Source: Malacoraja senta
Lineage: Eukaryota
DNA: 64,000 bases
Direction of reading: 5' to 3'
NCBI GenBank assembly: GCA_038087875.1
Contig: CM075990.1
Location: forward strand, 2,792,001 to 2,856,000
This document shows, piece by piece, positions 23,194 to 34,731 of the stretch (the first letter of the stretch is position 1; every line of letters begins with the position of its first letter). The notes beneath the pieces are model-generated. The model was not told where the DNA came from. It searched no databases and was given only the letters and a program-made list of their open reading frames with translations. A program made the translations under genes and the position numbers.

Positions 23194-23810
23194 AGTCAAA
23201 AAGGCACAACAGAGGATGTACTTCCTACGGCAGCTGAGGAAGCACAATCTGCCACAGGCAATGATGGTCCAATTCTACACGGCCATCGTAGAGTCTGTTC
23301 TCACCTTCTCCATCATGGTCTGGTTTGGCTCAGCCACCAAACACGACACCTGGAGGCTGCAGCGAATCGTCCGATCAGCAGAGAAGGTTATTGGCTGCAA
23401 CCTTCCCTCCATTGATGAACTGTACACTGCAAGGGCCAGGAAGCGAGCGGGCAAGATCATCTCTGACCCCTCTCACCCTGGCCACAAACTCTTTGAATCA
23501 CTTCCCTCTGGAAGGCGACTCCGGACTGTCAAAGCTGCCACAGCCAGACATAAAAACAGCTTTTATCCACGAGTAGTTGCTCTACTCAACAGCCAAAAAT
23601 CTGTAGCCTCCCTTTGATCTGGTATTTTGTTGGTTCACATGCTTGATCAATGGTGTTTTATCATTAATGTTTTATTATTATTAATGTTTAGTGTTTTCTG
23701 AGTCATTCGTAACTGTCACTGTATGTCATGTTGTTACTTGTGGGCGGAGCACCAAGGCAAATTCCTTGTATGTGAATACTTGGCCAATAAACTTACTTAC
23801 TTACTTACTT
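23194..23810 (+). mobile_element. Rex1/Babar-like LINE, duplicate of 19090-19706
   Basis: Same peptide; few substitutions. Confidence 0.9.
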
Positions 23811-24143
23811 AACCAGTCAGCGTAAAGACAATACAAGATGACAATCGAGCCGTTTACACTGTACAGATAGAGATTTTAAAGTGTGGAGCGATTGCAATAT
23901 GTGACTGTAGATGTGAAATGGCCAACTATCAAAATGTTCGCATAGTCCTCAATCTGACCTGTGACCTGTGAACTCAGGCTCGGAGGCATGCCTGGAATGC
24001 TGTGACCATGGAGGCCACAGTCACTCCTGTGCCTTGAAATTAAATCAGCCTGCCACCGTACTTCAGTTTACTGCTCAGCGTTGCGTTCGGGAGGTCACCT
24101 GAGGCCCCGCGCTGAAGAGAAAAGAGACATCAGCCCACAAGCA

Positions 24144-24363
24144 GGTAGACACAGAATGCTGGAGTAACTCAGCGGGACAGGCAGCATCTCTGGATAGAAG
24201 GAATGGGTGACGTTTCAGGCAGAGAAGTCTGGAGAAGGGTCACGACCTGAAACGTCGCCCATTCCTTCAGCCCAGAGATGCTGCCAGTCCCGCTGAGTTA
24301 CTCCTGCAGTTTTTATGTCTATCTTTGGTGTAAACCAGCATCTGCAGTTGCTTCCTACACACC
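24144..24363. mobile_element. Fold-back PLE-end unit
   Basis: Inverted arms; flanked by CAGCCCACAAGCA (24131-24143) and CAGCCCACAGGCA (24364-24376). Confidence 0.75.
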
Positions 24364-24719
24364 CAGCCCACAGGCACTTGTCTGCATTTCCGCCAGATAG
24401 GGGTACAGAGGCCTGAGGTCCCAAAGATGCTCCAAAGGTGTCCAGATGTAGATGGTTGACCAGAGCATGGTCCTGCCTTCCCAGTTACCCTATTGGAGAC
24501 CTTCAGACTATTTTTAATTGGACTTTACTGTGGACTTTATCTTGCACCAGGGTGGCATGGTGGCGCAGCGGTAGAGTTGCTGCCTTACAGCACCAGAGAC
24601 CCAGGTTCGATCCTGACCACAGGTGCTGTCTGTATGGAGTTAGTAAGTTCTCCCTGTGACCATGCGATTTTCATCCGGGTGCTCCGATTTCCTCCCACAA
24701 TCTACCGTACATCTAGTAG

Positions 24720-25008
24720 ATGGGAACCGGCACCGACAGCCAACGAGCCCACAATGATCCATTGTTGGCTGTGGAGGACCAAAGGTCATCCTACTAGGAA
24801 GGGAGGGAGGGATGGAGAGAGAGGGGATGTAAGGGTTACTTGAAGTTAGAGAAGTCAATGTTCATACCGCTGGGGTGTAAGCTGCCCAAGCGAGATATGA
24901 GGTGCTGTTCCTCCAATTTGCGCTGGGCCTCACTCTGACAGTGGAGGAGGCCCAGGACAGAAAGGTCAGTGTGGGAATGGGAGGGGGAGTTAAAGTGTTT
25001 GGCAAACG
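24720..25008 (-). mobile_element. PLE GIY-YIG C-terminal fragment and 3' UTR
   Basis: Minus ORF AKHFNSPSHSHTDLSVLGLLHCQSEAQRKLEEQHLISRLGSLHPSGMNIDFSNFK*. Confidence 0.88.
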
Positions 25009-25430
25009 GGAGAACTATCTCAGTGTGTTTTTTCAATGAGAACTAGACTGTTCTAAAAGCCTCCCGTTCTATATAATAATTTCAAAAACAGCAGAAGTCC
25101 TACCCTGCCCGACCTCTCCCTATAGCTCAGCCTCTAAAGTCCTGGCAATATGGGAAATATTTTGTGCATGATTAAACACGTTATATGCCAAGAATTTCTG
25201 CTTCAGAAAAATGCAATCGTAATGCCGCAAGACATCGATAATGAAGGGGATAGTCATAGGCTATTGATAAGTTGGTTAGATAGGCATTGTAATGGAAAGT
25301 AATGTACATCGTGAAGACTAAGGAGGGTAGGACATACATAATGAACAGTCAGGTCCAAGGAAGAATTGAGGAATCCGAGATGAACATCAGCAAAAGTGCA
25401 GTTGTCAGAAATCTTCAATAGGTCTGCAGT

Positions 25431-26100
25431 AGGTGGCACAGCGGTAGAGTTGCTGCCTTATAATGCCCCTGTCCCACTTAGGAAACCTGAACGGAAACCT
25501 CTGGAGACTTTGCGCCCCACCCAAGGTTTCCGTGCGGTTCCCAGAGGTTCCCGGAGGTTTTTGTCAGTCTCCCTAATGGTCGAAAGTGGTTTCCGCTTCT
25601 TCTATGTGCCGGCGATTATTTCAAAAAATTCAAAACCGGCCGCGACTAAAAATAGGTCGCCGTTTTAAAAATCGGTAATTTTTAGTTGAAGCCGGTTGCA
25701 ATGCTAGTTGAAGGTGGTTGCCGGAGGTTGCAGGTAGTGGAAGGTAAGACCTTTTTTTCACCCAGTTTTATTCCACCAGGGAGGGTGCAAAGTCTCCAGA
25801 GGTTTCCGTTCAGGTTTCCTAAGTGGGACAGGGGCATTACAGCCCCGGAGACCCACTACGGGTGCTGATCCTGACTACGGGCGCTGTCTGCATGGAGTGC
25901 GTACGTTCTTCCCCTGACCGTGTGGGCTTTCTCCGGGTGTTCCGTTTCCTCCCACACTCCAAAGACGTACAGGTTTGTAGGTTAATTGGCCGCAGTAAGT
26001 CGTAAAATTGTACCTAGTGTGTGTTGGATAGTGCACTGGTCGGCATGGATTTGGTGGGCCAAAGGGCCTGTTTCCGTGCTGTATCTCTAAAGTCTAAAGT
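25431..26100 (+). mobile_element. V-SINE interrupted by a MITE
   Basis: Head GTTGCTGCCTTA | CAGC split by 25464-25836. Confidence 0.82.
25464..25836. mobile_element. PIF/Harbinger-like MITE, interior type 4
   Basis: Perfect ~50-bp TIRs TGCCCCTGTCCCACTTAGGAAACCTGAACGGAAACCTCTGGAGACTTTGC; flanks TAA / TTA. Confidence 0.9.
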
Positions 26101-26169
26101 CAGACTCAGCAGAGCAGGCAGCTGCTGGAGAAAGCTAAAGAGTCTAGGCTTCGAGTATGAGGTCAATTG

Positions 26170-26389
26170 GAGGGAGGGAGTGGGAGAAAGAGGGAGGGAG
26201 AGAGAGGGAGAGGGAGAGGAGAGGGAGAGGGAGAGGGAGAGAGGAGAGGGAGAGGGAGAGGGAGAGAGGGAGAGGGAGAGGGAGAGGGGGAGAGAGAGAG
26301 GGAGAGGGAGAGAGGGAGAGGGAGAGGGAGAGGGAGAGGGAGAGGGAGAGGGAGAGGGAGAGGGAGAGGGGGAGAGGGAGAGGGAGAGA

Positions 26390-26432
<43 letters not shown>

Positions 26433-26460
26433 AGAGACAGAGAGAGAGAGAGAGATGAGA
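26170..26460. repeat. (GAGAGG)n / (GA)n microsatellite
   Basis: Directly visible. Confidence 0.97.
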
Positions 26461-26964
26461 AAAAGGTACAGAGCCCTGGACTAAGTGCCGGTGAATGGGA
26501 TTAGTGTGGGCAATTGTGGATGGATGTCATGTTTCTATGCTGTATGACTTTGAAAATGAATCTGTATTGATGAGTCAGCATATTGCAGCACTTCTACACC
26601 TGCAGAGCCACATTGATGAAATACAGTGACAGATTTAAATTACAGCCCAATTGTGGTAATCCCTAAAATTATATAAGTACGAGAGGCGTAGAGGTAGACG
26701 GCTGGAACCTTTTTTTCCCAGGGTAGAAATGTCAAAGACTAGAGGTTTTAGCTTTCAAGGTGAAAGGTGCCAAATTGAAAGGAGATGCATTGGGCACATT
26801 GTTTTTGCACAGAGGGGTGGTGGGCACAGATGTGATCGTGATGTTTGAGGGGCTTTTAGATATATTAACGTTGATCTGCAGGGCATGGAAGGATATGGTA
26901 TTTCATTTCTCATCTGCACAATAATGGCAATTTACAGTATTCTGTTAATCTGCCAACCAGCACA

Positions 26965-27262
26965 TTTAGTTTAGTTTAGAGATACAGCGCGGAAACACCA
27001 AGACGGCACAGACTAGCGATCCCCGCACACTAACACAATCCTACACACACTGGGGACAACTTTACAATGATACCAAGCCAATTATCCTACAGACCTGTAC
27101 GTCTTCGGAGTGTGGGAGAAATCCGGAGATCCTGGAAAGATCCCACTCAGGTCACGGGGAGAAGGTACAAACTCCGTGCAGACAAACGCCTGGAGTCAGG
27201 ATCGAACCCGTGTCTCTGGCGCTGTTCGGCAGCAACTCTGCCGCTGCGCCACCGTGCTGCCC
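26965..27262 (-). mobile_element. V-SINE (HE1-like)
   Basis: Near full-length. Confidence 0.85.
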
Positions 27263-27360
27263 CTTGCCACAAAGTCGTCACTAAGAGAACAGGCAAACTT
27301 CACACGCAGACAGCAGCCGCTGTCAGGATTGAACCCAGCTCTCCAATGCTATGTGCCAGC

Positions 27361-27720
27361 AATAGACAATAGACAACAGACTATAGGTGCAGGAGTGGGC
27401 CATTTGGCCCTTCGAGCCAGCACCGCCATTCAATGTGATCATGGCTGATCATCCCCAATCAGTACCCCGTTCCTGCCTTCTCCCCATATCCCCTGACTCC
27501 GCTATTTTTAAGAGCCCTATCTAGCTCTCTCTTGAAAGCATCCAGAGAACCTGCCTCCACCACCTTCTGAGGCAGAGAATTCCACAGACTCACCACTCTC
27601 TGCGAGAAAAAGTGTTTCCTCGTCTCCGTTCTAAATGGCTTACCCCTTATTCTTAAACGGTGGCCCCTGGTTCTGGACTCCCCCAACATCGGGAACATGT
27701 TTCCTGCCTCTAGCGTGTTC
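27361..27720 (-). mobile_element. CR1 LINE 3' fragment, (CTATTGT)n tail
   Basis: Minus ORF MFPMLGESRTRGHRLRIRG...FFSQRVVSLWNSLPQKVVEA. Confidence 0.88.
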
Positions 27721-28479
27721 TACTAGTTACAACATTCTGTCACCCTAAATGCACGGCAGGTGTCGATGCAGAGCAAAGCGTTTGCAACATAATCCAGTCT
27801 ATTGAGCAGAAGATATGTTATACCGCAGTCCATCTCCACCCTTGCACGGGTAGTCATTATCAGTTAGCAGCATGTGGTGTCATAAGAGTCATACAGTGTG
27901 GAAACAGGCCCTTCAGCCCAACTTGCCCACACCGACCAACATGCACCATCTCCACTAGTCCCACCTGCCTGCATGTGTCCCAGATAGGACAATGAAATTC
28001 TTGCTTTGCTTCAGCACAACACAATACACTAGGCATGAATACAGAACAGATCAGTGTGTCCATATACCATTATATAAATATATACACACATCAATAAATA
28101 AGCAGATAAGTGCAAATAAACAGATAATGGTCTATTAATGTTCAGATTTGTTTCAGTTGAGTTGAATAGCCTGATGGCTGTGGGGAAGTAGCTATTCCTG
28201 AACCTGGAAGTTGCACTCTTCAGGCTCCAGTAAACCTCTAAACCTGTCCAAATGTCTTATATGTTGTTATAGTACCTGCCGCAATTACCTCTTCCGGCAA
28301 CTCGATCCATACACCACCCTCCCTTTAGTGGAAAAATGTTACCCCTCAGGTTCCTATTAAATCTTCCCCACCTCAACTTAAACCTCTGCCCTCTGCTTCT
28401 CAATTCCCCAACTCTGGGCAGAAGACTGTGCATTTACCCGATCTATTCCTTTGAAAACAAGAGTAGTCCCTTTCAGCAG

Positions 28480-28580
28480 ATAGACACAAAGTGCTGGAGT
28501 AACTCAGAGGGTCATGCAACATCTCTGGAGTAAAAGGACGGGTGGTGTCTCGGGTCTGGACCCTTCTTCAGACTGAAAGG
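28480..28580 (-). mobile_element. 101-nt PLE-end unit with 14-bp TSD
   Basis: GTCCCTTTCAGCAG at 28466-28479 and 28581-28594; carries hammerhead-like motif on minus strand. Confidence 0.78.
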
Positions 28581-29328
28581 GTCCCTTTCAGCAGCTCGGA
28601 ACTATCCTACCAACTACCATGAGAATCCCGCATCGGCGTAGTATAGATGCAGAGATGATGGGGAAGGCAGGCACAAAGGGTGGGCAAAATGTGCAGGAAG
28701 GAACTGCAACTGCTGACATACACGAAAGATGCTGGAGCAACTCAGCGGAACAGGCAGCATCTGTGGAGAGAAGGAATGGGTGATGTTTCGGGTCGAGACC
28801 CTTCTTCAAGTTAGGCATTGGTGTGTATAATGGTAAATGATATGACATTAATAAGCCTCATTTTGCTTCATTATGTTCATTCAAATGCGAATTAAAATGT
28901 TTCTGTTCAATTACGAACACACCAAAACCCAATCTCTTTTGCCAATGGAGTCAGTGCTCTGTCCCATGAGAGATGGATTAATGCATGATGCCACACTGTC
29001 TCTTATTGTTACGGCAATCCTTCATGTTGAAGGGCAGTGAAAGCATCAGGAACATGGAGGAAGATCAGAAATGGGACACAGCTGTAGAGGCAATTCCCCA
29101 TTTCCCTGAATAAAGAAGAGGCTAGTGTTCCTATTTTCAATGGCGTAATGTGACAGATGTATCCATTGATAGGAAAATACAATGTTGCCTGACGTAAATT
29201 TAGGATCGCATTACCTCATAAAGCTCCCAGGGGATTCTTGGTGAGCGCTCCTCACCCTGACCCTGTGGTGTTGATGAACGATGAAGCAAGATGCAGAAGG
29301 GAGACACAAAGTGCTGGAGTAACTCAGC

Positions 29329-29364
29329 GGGTCTGAAGAAGGGTCTTGACCCGAAACGTCACCC
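29329..29364 (+). ncRNA. Minimal type I hammerhead-like motif in a PLE terminal repeat
   Basis: GGGU CUGAAGA A GGGUC-UU-GACCC GAAA C GUC ACCC: both core boxes, stem II, palindromic ACGU in place of stem III, 4-bp stem I. Confidence 0.65.
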
Positions 29365-29776
29365 ATTCCTTGTATGCAGAGATGCTGCTTGTCCCACTGA
29401 GTTACTCCAGCATTTTGTGTCCATCCCAAGTAAGGCCCTGTGTGGATCCAAGTTCCCCCATCCTCCCCAGTTCTCATTCAATGTTGTCTATCTTTGGTGT
29501 AAACCAGCATCTGCAGTTCCTTCCTACACATGTTAGATGCAGAGGCCATCATGCATTGCTGTTCAAAGTGTGGGCTCCTATAAAATGGCGAGACCAAGCG
29601 CAGACTGGATGATCATGTCGCTAAACATCTTCACTCAGTCCGCCTGGGCCGATACGATCTCATGGTTTGCCAAGCACTTTCACTCCCCTTCCCAACCCCA
29701 CACTGACCGATCCCGACTACGGGTGCTGTCTGTATGGAGTTCTCCCCGTGACTCGCTTGTGTTTTCTCCGAGATCA

Positions 29777-30193
29777 ATAGGTATAAAAGTGTTACATATA
29801 ATCAAACATATAAAATTATTAAGGGATTGGACACGCTAGATACAGGAAACATGTTCCCGATGTTGGGGGAGTCCAGAACCAGGGGCCACAGTTTAAGAAT
29901 AAGGGGTAGGCAATTTAGAACTGAGATGAGGAAAAACTTTTTCACCCAGAGGGTTGTGAATTTGTGGAATTCTCTGCCTCAGAAGGCAGTGGAGGCCGAT
30001 TCACTGGATGCATTCAAAAGAGAGTTAGATAGAGCTCTTAGGGCTAACGGAATCAAGGGATGGGGGGAGAATGCAAGAATGGGGTACTGATTGTAGATGA
30101 TCAACCATGATCACATTGAATGGCAGTGCTGGCTCGAAGGGCCGAATGGCCTACTCCTGCACCTATTGTCTATGTATCTATGTATTTATGTAT
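29777..30193 (+). mobile_element. CR1 LINE 3' fragment nested in a V-SINE (29705-30362)
   Basis: ORF NMFPMLGESRTRGHSLRIRG...KNFFTQRVVNLWNSLPQ; SINE motif CTCCGAGATC|TTCGG is split around it. Confidence 0.88.
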
Positions 30194-30842
30194 CTTCGGT
30201 TTCCTCCTACACTCCAAAGACGTACAGGTTTGTAGGTTAATTAGCTTGGTGTAAATGTAAATTGTCCCTAGTGTGTGTTGGATAGTGTTAATGTGCGGGG
30301 ATCGCTGGTCGGCGTGGACTCGGTGGGCCGAAGGGCCTGTTTCGTGCTGTATCTCTAAAACTAAAGGTAAAGTAAGAATTTAATTGTTCCGTTTCGGGAC
30401 ATGTGACAATAAAACACTCTTGACTCTTAACTCATTTGACTGTAATCTCAGCCACATTGTCTACTTTGCTGATGAACCAGTATTGATGTTCAACAGCGCT
30501 CTAAACACTTCGAGCTCAACAAAAATAAAAGATGTACCAATGTATTTGTGGAATACTGCACAGTAGGAGATGAGTAAATAGCTTTAAGGTGAAAGGGTAA
30601 AGTTTACACCAACTGATCTCTGTCCCAGGCAAGACTATTGTGTTGCACTCGTTTAGTTTAGTTGAGAGATACAGCGTGGATACAGGCCCTTCGGTCCTCC
30701 GAGTCCACACTGACCAACGCTCCCCGTGCACTATCAATATACAACACACACTAGGGACAATTTCACATTTACACCAAGCCAATTAACCTACAAATCTGTA
30801 CGTCTTTTGAGTGTGGGAGGAAACCGAAGATCTTGGAAAAAA

Positions 30843-31300
30843 CAATGATTCCAGGAATGGGTGGGTTCGCATACGATGAGCGTTTGACGTCACTGGGCCT
30901 CGACTCACTGGAGTTTAGAAGGTTGAGGGGGGACCTCATTGAAACTTACAGAATAATGAAAGGCAAAGATAGAGTGGATGTGGAGAGGATGTTTCCACTG
31001 GTGGGAGAGTCCAGGACCGGAGGTCACAGTCTCAGAATTAAAGGGCGCTCTTTTAGAAAGGAGGTGAGGAGGAACTTCTTAAGTCAGAGTAGAGTTAATC
31101 TATGAAACATTGCCACGGAGGGCTGTGGAGGCCAAGTCAGTGGATATTAAATCAGAGATACACAAATTCTTGATTAGAACGGGTGTCAGGGGTTATGGAG
31201 AGAAGGCAGGAAAATGGGATTAGGCGGCAGTGATCAGCCATGATTGAATGGCAGAGGGGACTCGATGGGCCGAATGGCCTAATTCTACTCCTTATAACAT
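30843..31300 (+). mobile_element. CR1 LINE 3' fragment
   Basis: ORF MIPGMGGFAYDERLTSLGLDSLEFRRLRGDLIETYRIMKG. Confidence 0.88.
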
Positions 31301-31460
31301 GATTTTCAATAAGAGAAAAGAAATGAAAATAGACTTTGGAAGGATCTTTGTTTTTTCTATCTTTCTAACCCTCTTCCTTTGAAACTGCTTGTGTCCAAGT
31401 CAATATGTGAACGGTGATCTCAGATTCCAGCTTCATTTGTAATCTCTCAGCTTTAACTTT

Positions 31461-31775
31461 GGGTGGCACGGTGGCGCAGCGGTAGAGTTGCTGCCTTACA
31501 GTGCTTGCAGCTGCGGAGACCCGAGTTCGATCCCTGACTATGGGTGCTTGTCTGTACAGAGTTGGTACGTTCTGCCCGTGACCGCGTGGGTTTTCTCCAA
31601 GATCTTCGGTTTCGTCCCACACTCCAAAGACGTATAGGCTTGTCGGTAAATTGGCTTGGTATAAATGTAAATTGTCCATAGTATGTGTAGGATAGTGTTA
31701 ATGTGCGGAGATCGCCTGTGGGTGTGGATTTGGTGGGTCGAAGGGCCTGTTTCTGCGCTGTATCTCTAAACGAAG
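31461..31775 (+). mobile_element. Full-length V-SINE (HE1-like)
   Basis: GGGTGGCACGGTGGCGCAGCGG head (A box), GAGTTCGATCC (B box), core, 3' stem-loop. Confidence 0.88.
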
Positions 31776-31914
31776 CTAAAATACGATGATTAAACTTGAT
31801 TCTCTCTCAACTCTTGACTGCCTTCTAAGCTGCAGATTCTCATCGTGATGTAAACACTAGTGATATCTTGCACAAGCACATGCATCGGTTCCACCCGCCC
31901 AGACATTTCATGTG

Positions 31915-32250
31915 TGTGGGAAGGAACTGCAGATGCTGGTCTACATCGAAGATAAGACACAAAAGGCTGGAGTAACTCAGCGGGTCAGGCAGCATCTCTG
32001 AAGAAAAGGAATCGGTGACATTTTGGTTTGAGACAAGGCGATAACAAGTTATACAGACAGTGGGACTCGACAGGTCAACAGTGAAACTGGTATCAGAATC
32101 AGAATCAGAATCAGAACATACGAGGAATTTTGCAACATACGAGGAATTTCATTATGACGATTGGGGAGGGATGGAGAGAGAGGGGATGCAAGCGTTACTT
32201 GAGGTTAGAGAAATTAATATTCATCCCACTGGGTTGGAAGCCACCCAAAC
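31915..32250 (-). mobile_element. PLE 3' remnant
   Basis: Terminal repeat plus decayed GIY-YIG end on minus strand. Confidence 0.7.
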
Positions 32251-32504
32251 TGATAGAAACATAGAAAATAGGTGGAGGTGGAGGCCATTTGGCCCTTCGA
32301 GCCAGCACCACCATTCAATATGATCATGGCTGATCATCCCCATCCAGAATCAGTACCCCGTTCCTGCCTTCTCCCCATATCCCTTGATTCTGTGAGCCCT
32401 AAGAGCTACATCCAACTCTCTCTTGAAAACATCCAGTGAATTGGCCTCCACTGCCTTGTGTGGCAGAGAATTCCACAGACTATGGAAGGAGAATAAAATC
32501 AGCA

Positions 32505-32790
32505 TGAATTGCCCTGAATTGAATTGGCTACTGTTACTCTCTGTGCTAAATTGTCCGTTGATATTACTATCTGCGCTGAATTTAATTTATCATTATTACT
32601 ATCTGTCTTGAATTGTCAATTGTTATTACTCGCTGTGCTAAATTGAATCAGTTGCTATTACTGTCTGCCTGGAATTGTCAGTCACTATTACTAATGGTGA
32701 TGGATTAAAACTGTCACTATTACTCTATCCTGAATCATTGGGCACTAATAACTTCAGTGCTGAATAGAATCAGTTGCTAAACTATTAGTT
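32505..32790. repeat. Degenerate ~30-33 bp minisatellite
   Basis: About 8 diverged units resembling GAATTGTCAGTTGCTATTACTATCTGTGCT. Confidence 0.75.
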
Positions 32791-32841
32791 GATATTACTT
32801 TTGTTTTAAACTTTTATTGTATACGTTTCAATTCTGCCTTG

Positions 32842-33374
32842 GTTTAGGGATACAGCGCGGAAACAGGCCCTTCGGCCCAACAAGTCCGCACCGACCAGCA
32901 ATCTCCGCACACTAACACTACCCTACACACCCGACTTACACTTATACCAAGCCAATTAACCTACAAACCCGTACACCTTTGGAATGTGGAAGGAAACCGA
33001 AGATCTCGGAGAAAACCGACGCAGTCACAGGGAGAACGTACAAACTCCGTACAGACAATAGACAATAGACAATAGACAATAGACAATAGGTGCAGGAGTA
33101 GGCCATTCGGCCCTTCGAGCCAGCACCGCCATTCAATGTGATCATGGCTGATCATCCCCAATCAGTACCCCGTTCCTGCCTTCTCCCCATATCCCCTGAC
33201 TCCGCTATTTTAAGAGACCTATCTAGCTCTCTATTGAATTCATCCAGAGAACCCGCCTCCACCACCCACTGAGGCAGAGAATTCCACAGACTCACCACTC
33301 TCTGTGAGAAAAAAAATCCTGACAGACAGTCAGGATCGAACCCGGGTCTCTGACGCTGTAAGGCAGTAGTTCTA
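32842..33374 (-). mobile_element. V-SINE with nested CR1 3' fragment (~33052-33315)
   Basis: SINE body split at CAGACA; (AGACAAT)n CR1 tail. Confidence 0.82.
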
Positions 33375-34731
33375 CAGTTGCTAAACTATGAGTTGATATT
33401 ACTTTCGTTTTTACCTTTTATAGTGTACGTTTCAATTCTGCATTAATTTTGTTCTAAAATCTACAAAATGGATACGACTAGAGGACAAAAGTAACAAAGA
33501 CTTTTCACCCAGAGAGTGGCAAGCACCTCAAGTGCAGGGCGTGAGAGAGCGTAGCAATACTTAATGACATTTGGACAAACAGTTGAATCACCTAGATATG
33601 GAAGGCTATGGACCAAGTGCTGGAAGATGGAGTTAATATGAATGGGTGACTAATGGCTGGAGTGGATATGATGGGCTGAAGGGCCTGTTTCCATGCTGTA
33701 CAGCTCTATAACTCCATGTTCAAATAGATGATCCTTCAAGAACTGACTCTGTAACATGTTTCGTGACATTTGGACTTTACACTTTAGAGATACAACGTGG
33801 AAACAGGCCCTTCAACCCACCGAGCCCGCGCCGACCAGCGATCACCCCGTACACTAGCACTATCCTATACAATTGGAACTGCTGCATTTCTTGACTATTT
33901 AGTGAAACAGCAACAATATGAATTTTTTTAATATTTTTTATATTTCTAAATTCTTGCTTGACTATGCAGAGATCGAGCAAATTGGAAACACATTCCGAAT
34001 TCACTGTTATTGAATAGTTAACACAGTAAAGACAGGCCCTTCAGCTCACAATATCAGTGCAGTAAATGACTCCAGAGCTAATCTCATTGCTATAACTATA
34101 GCAATAATATCATCATAAACCTTACAGAAATAACTGAAATACAATAAACTAAGAGTTCAGACTAAGATAGTCTGAAGAATCCCAAACGTCACCTATCCAT
34201 GTTCTCCAGCGATGCTGCCTGGCCCTTTGAGTTACTCCAGCACTCTGTGTCTTTGTGTAAACCAGCATCTGCTGTTCTGTATTTCTAAACTAAGATTACT
34301 GTTGACTTGTACTGAATGTATCTGGGATAAGAGCATCACACTCAAAGGCTGACACTTCTTTGTGTTTGTAGACTAATTGGCTTGGTAAAATTGTAACTTG
34401 TCCCTTGTGTGTGTAGGATAGTGTCAGTGTGTGGGGTTTGCTGGTCGAAGTGGACTCGGTGGGCCGAAGGGCCTGTTTCCGCGCTGTATCTCTAAACTCC
34501 CCTCTGGATAAAACAACCAAGAGAAAATCTGCAATGGCCTATTAATCTCCCAACCACATGTCTTTAGCCTGTAGCAGGGAACCCACACAGTCACAGGGAG
34601 AACATGCAAACTCCACATCGACAGCATCCAATCATAAACTAAACTAAACTAAGCTAAATCAAACAGCCCAATTTCACATGGGAAATTTCCCGACAGTTCA
34701 CCTAAATACACCCTATTAAACACCTCTCCGA

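Larger units (their letters stand above)
20138..24041 (+). repeat. Copy 2 of near-identical duplication flanking the gap
   Basis: Starts exactly at the N run; ~400 bp longer, almost entirely within the (CA)n tract. Confidence 0.95.

Noticed and set aside
31461..31540. tRNA-like sequences with A and B boxes
   Set aside because: Heads of V-SINEs, continuing into the SINE core; not tRNA genes.
32505..32790. CRISPR-like periodicity
   Set aside because: Units are contiguous and degenerate with no unique spacers or cas genes; eukaryotic context.
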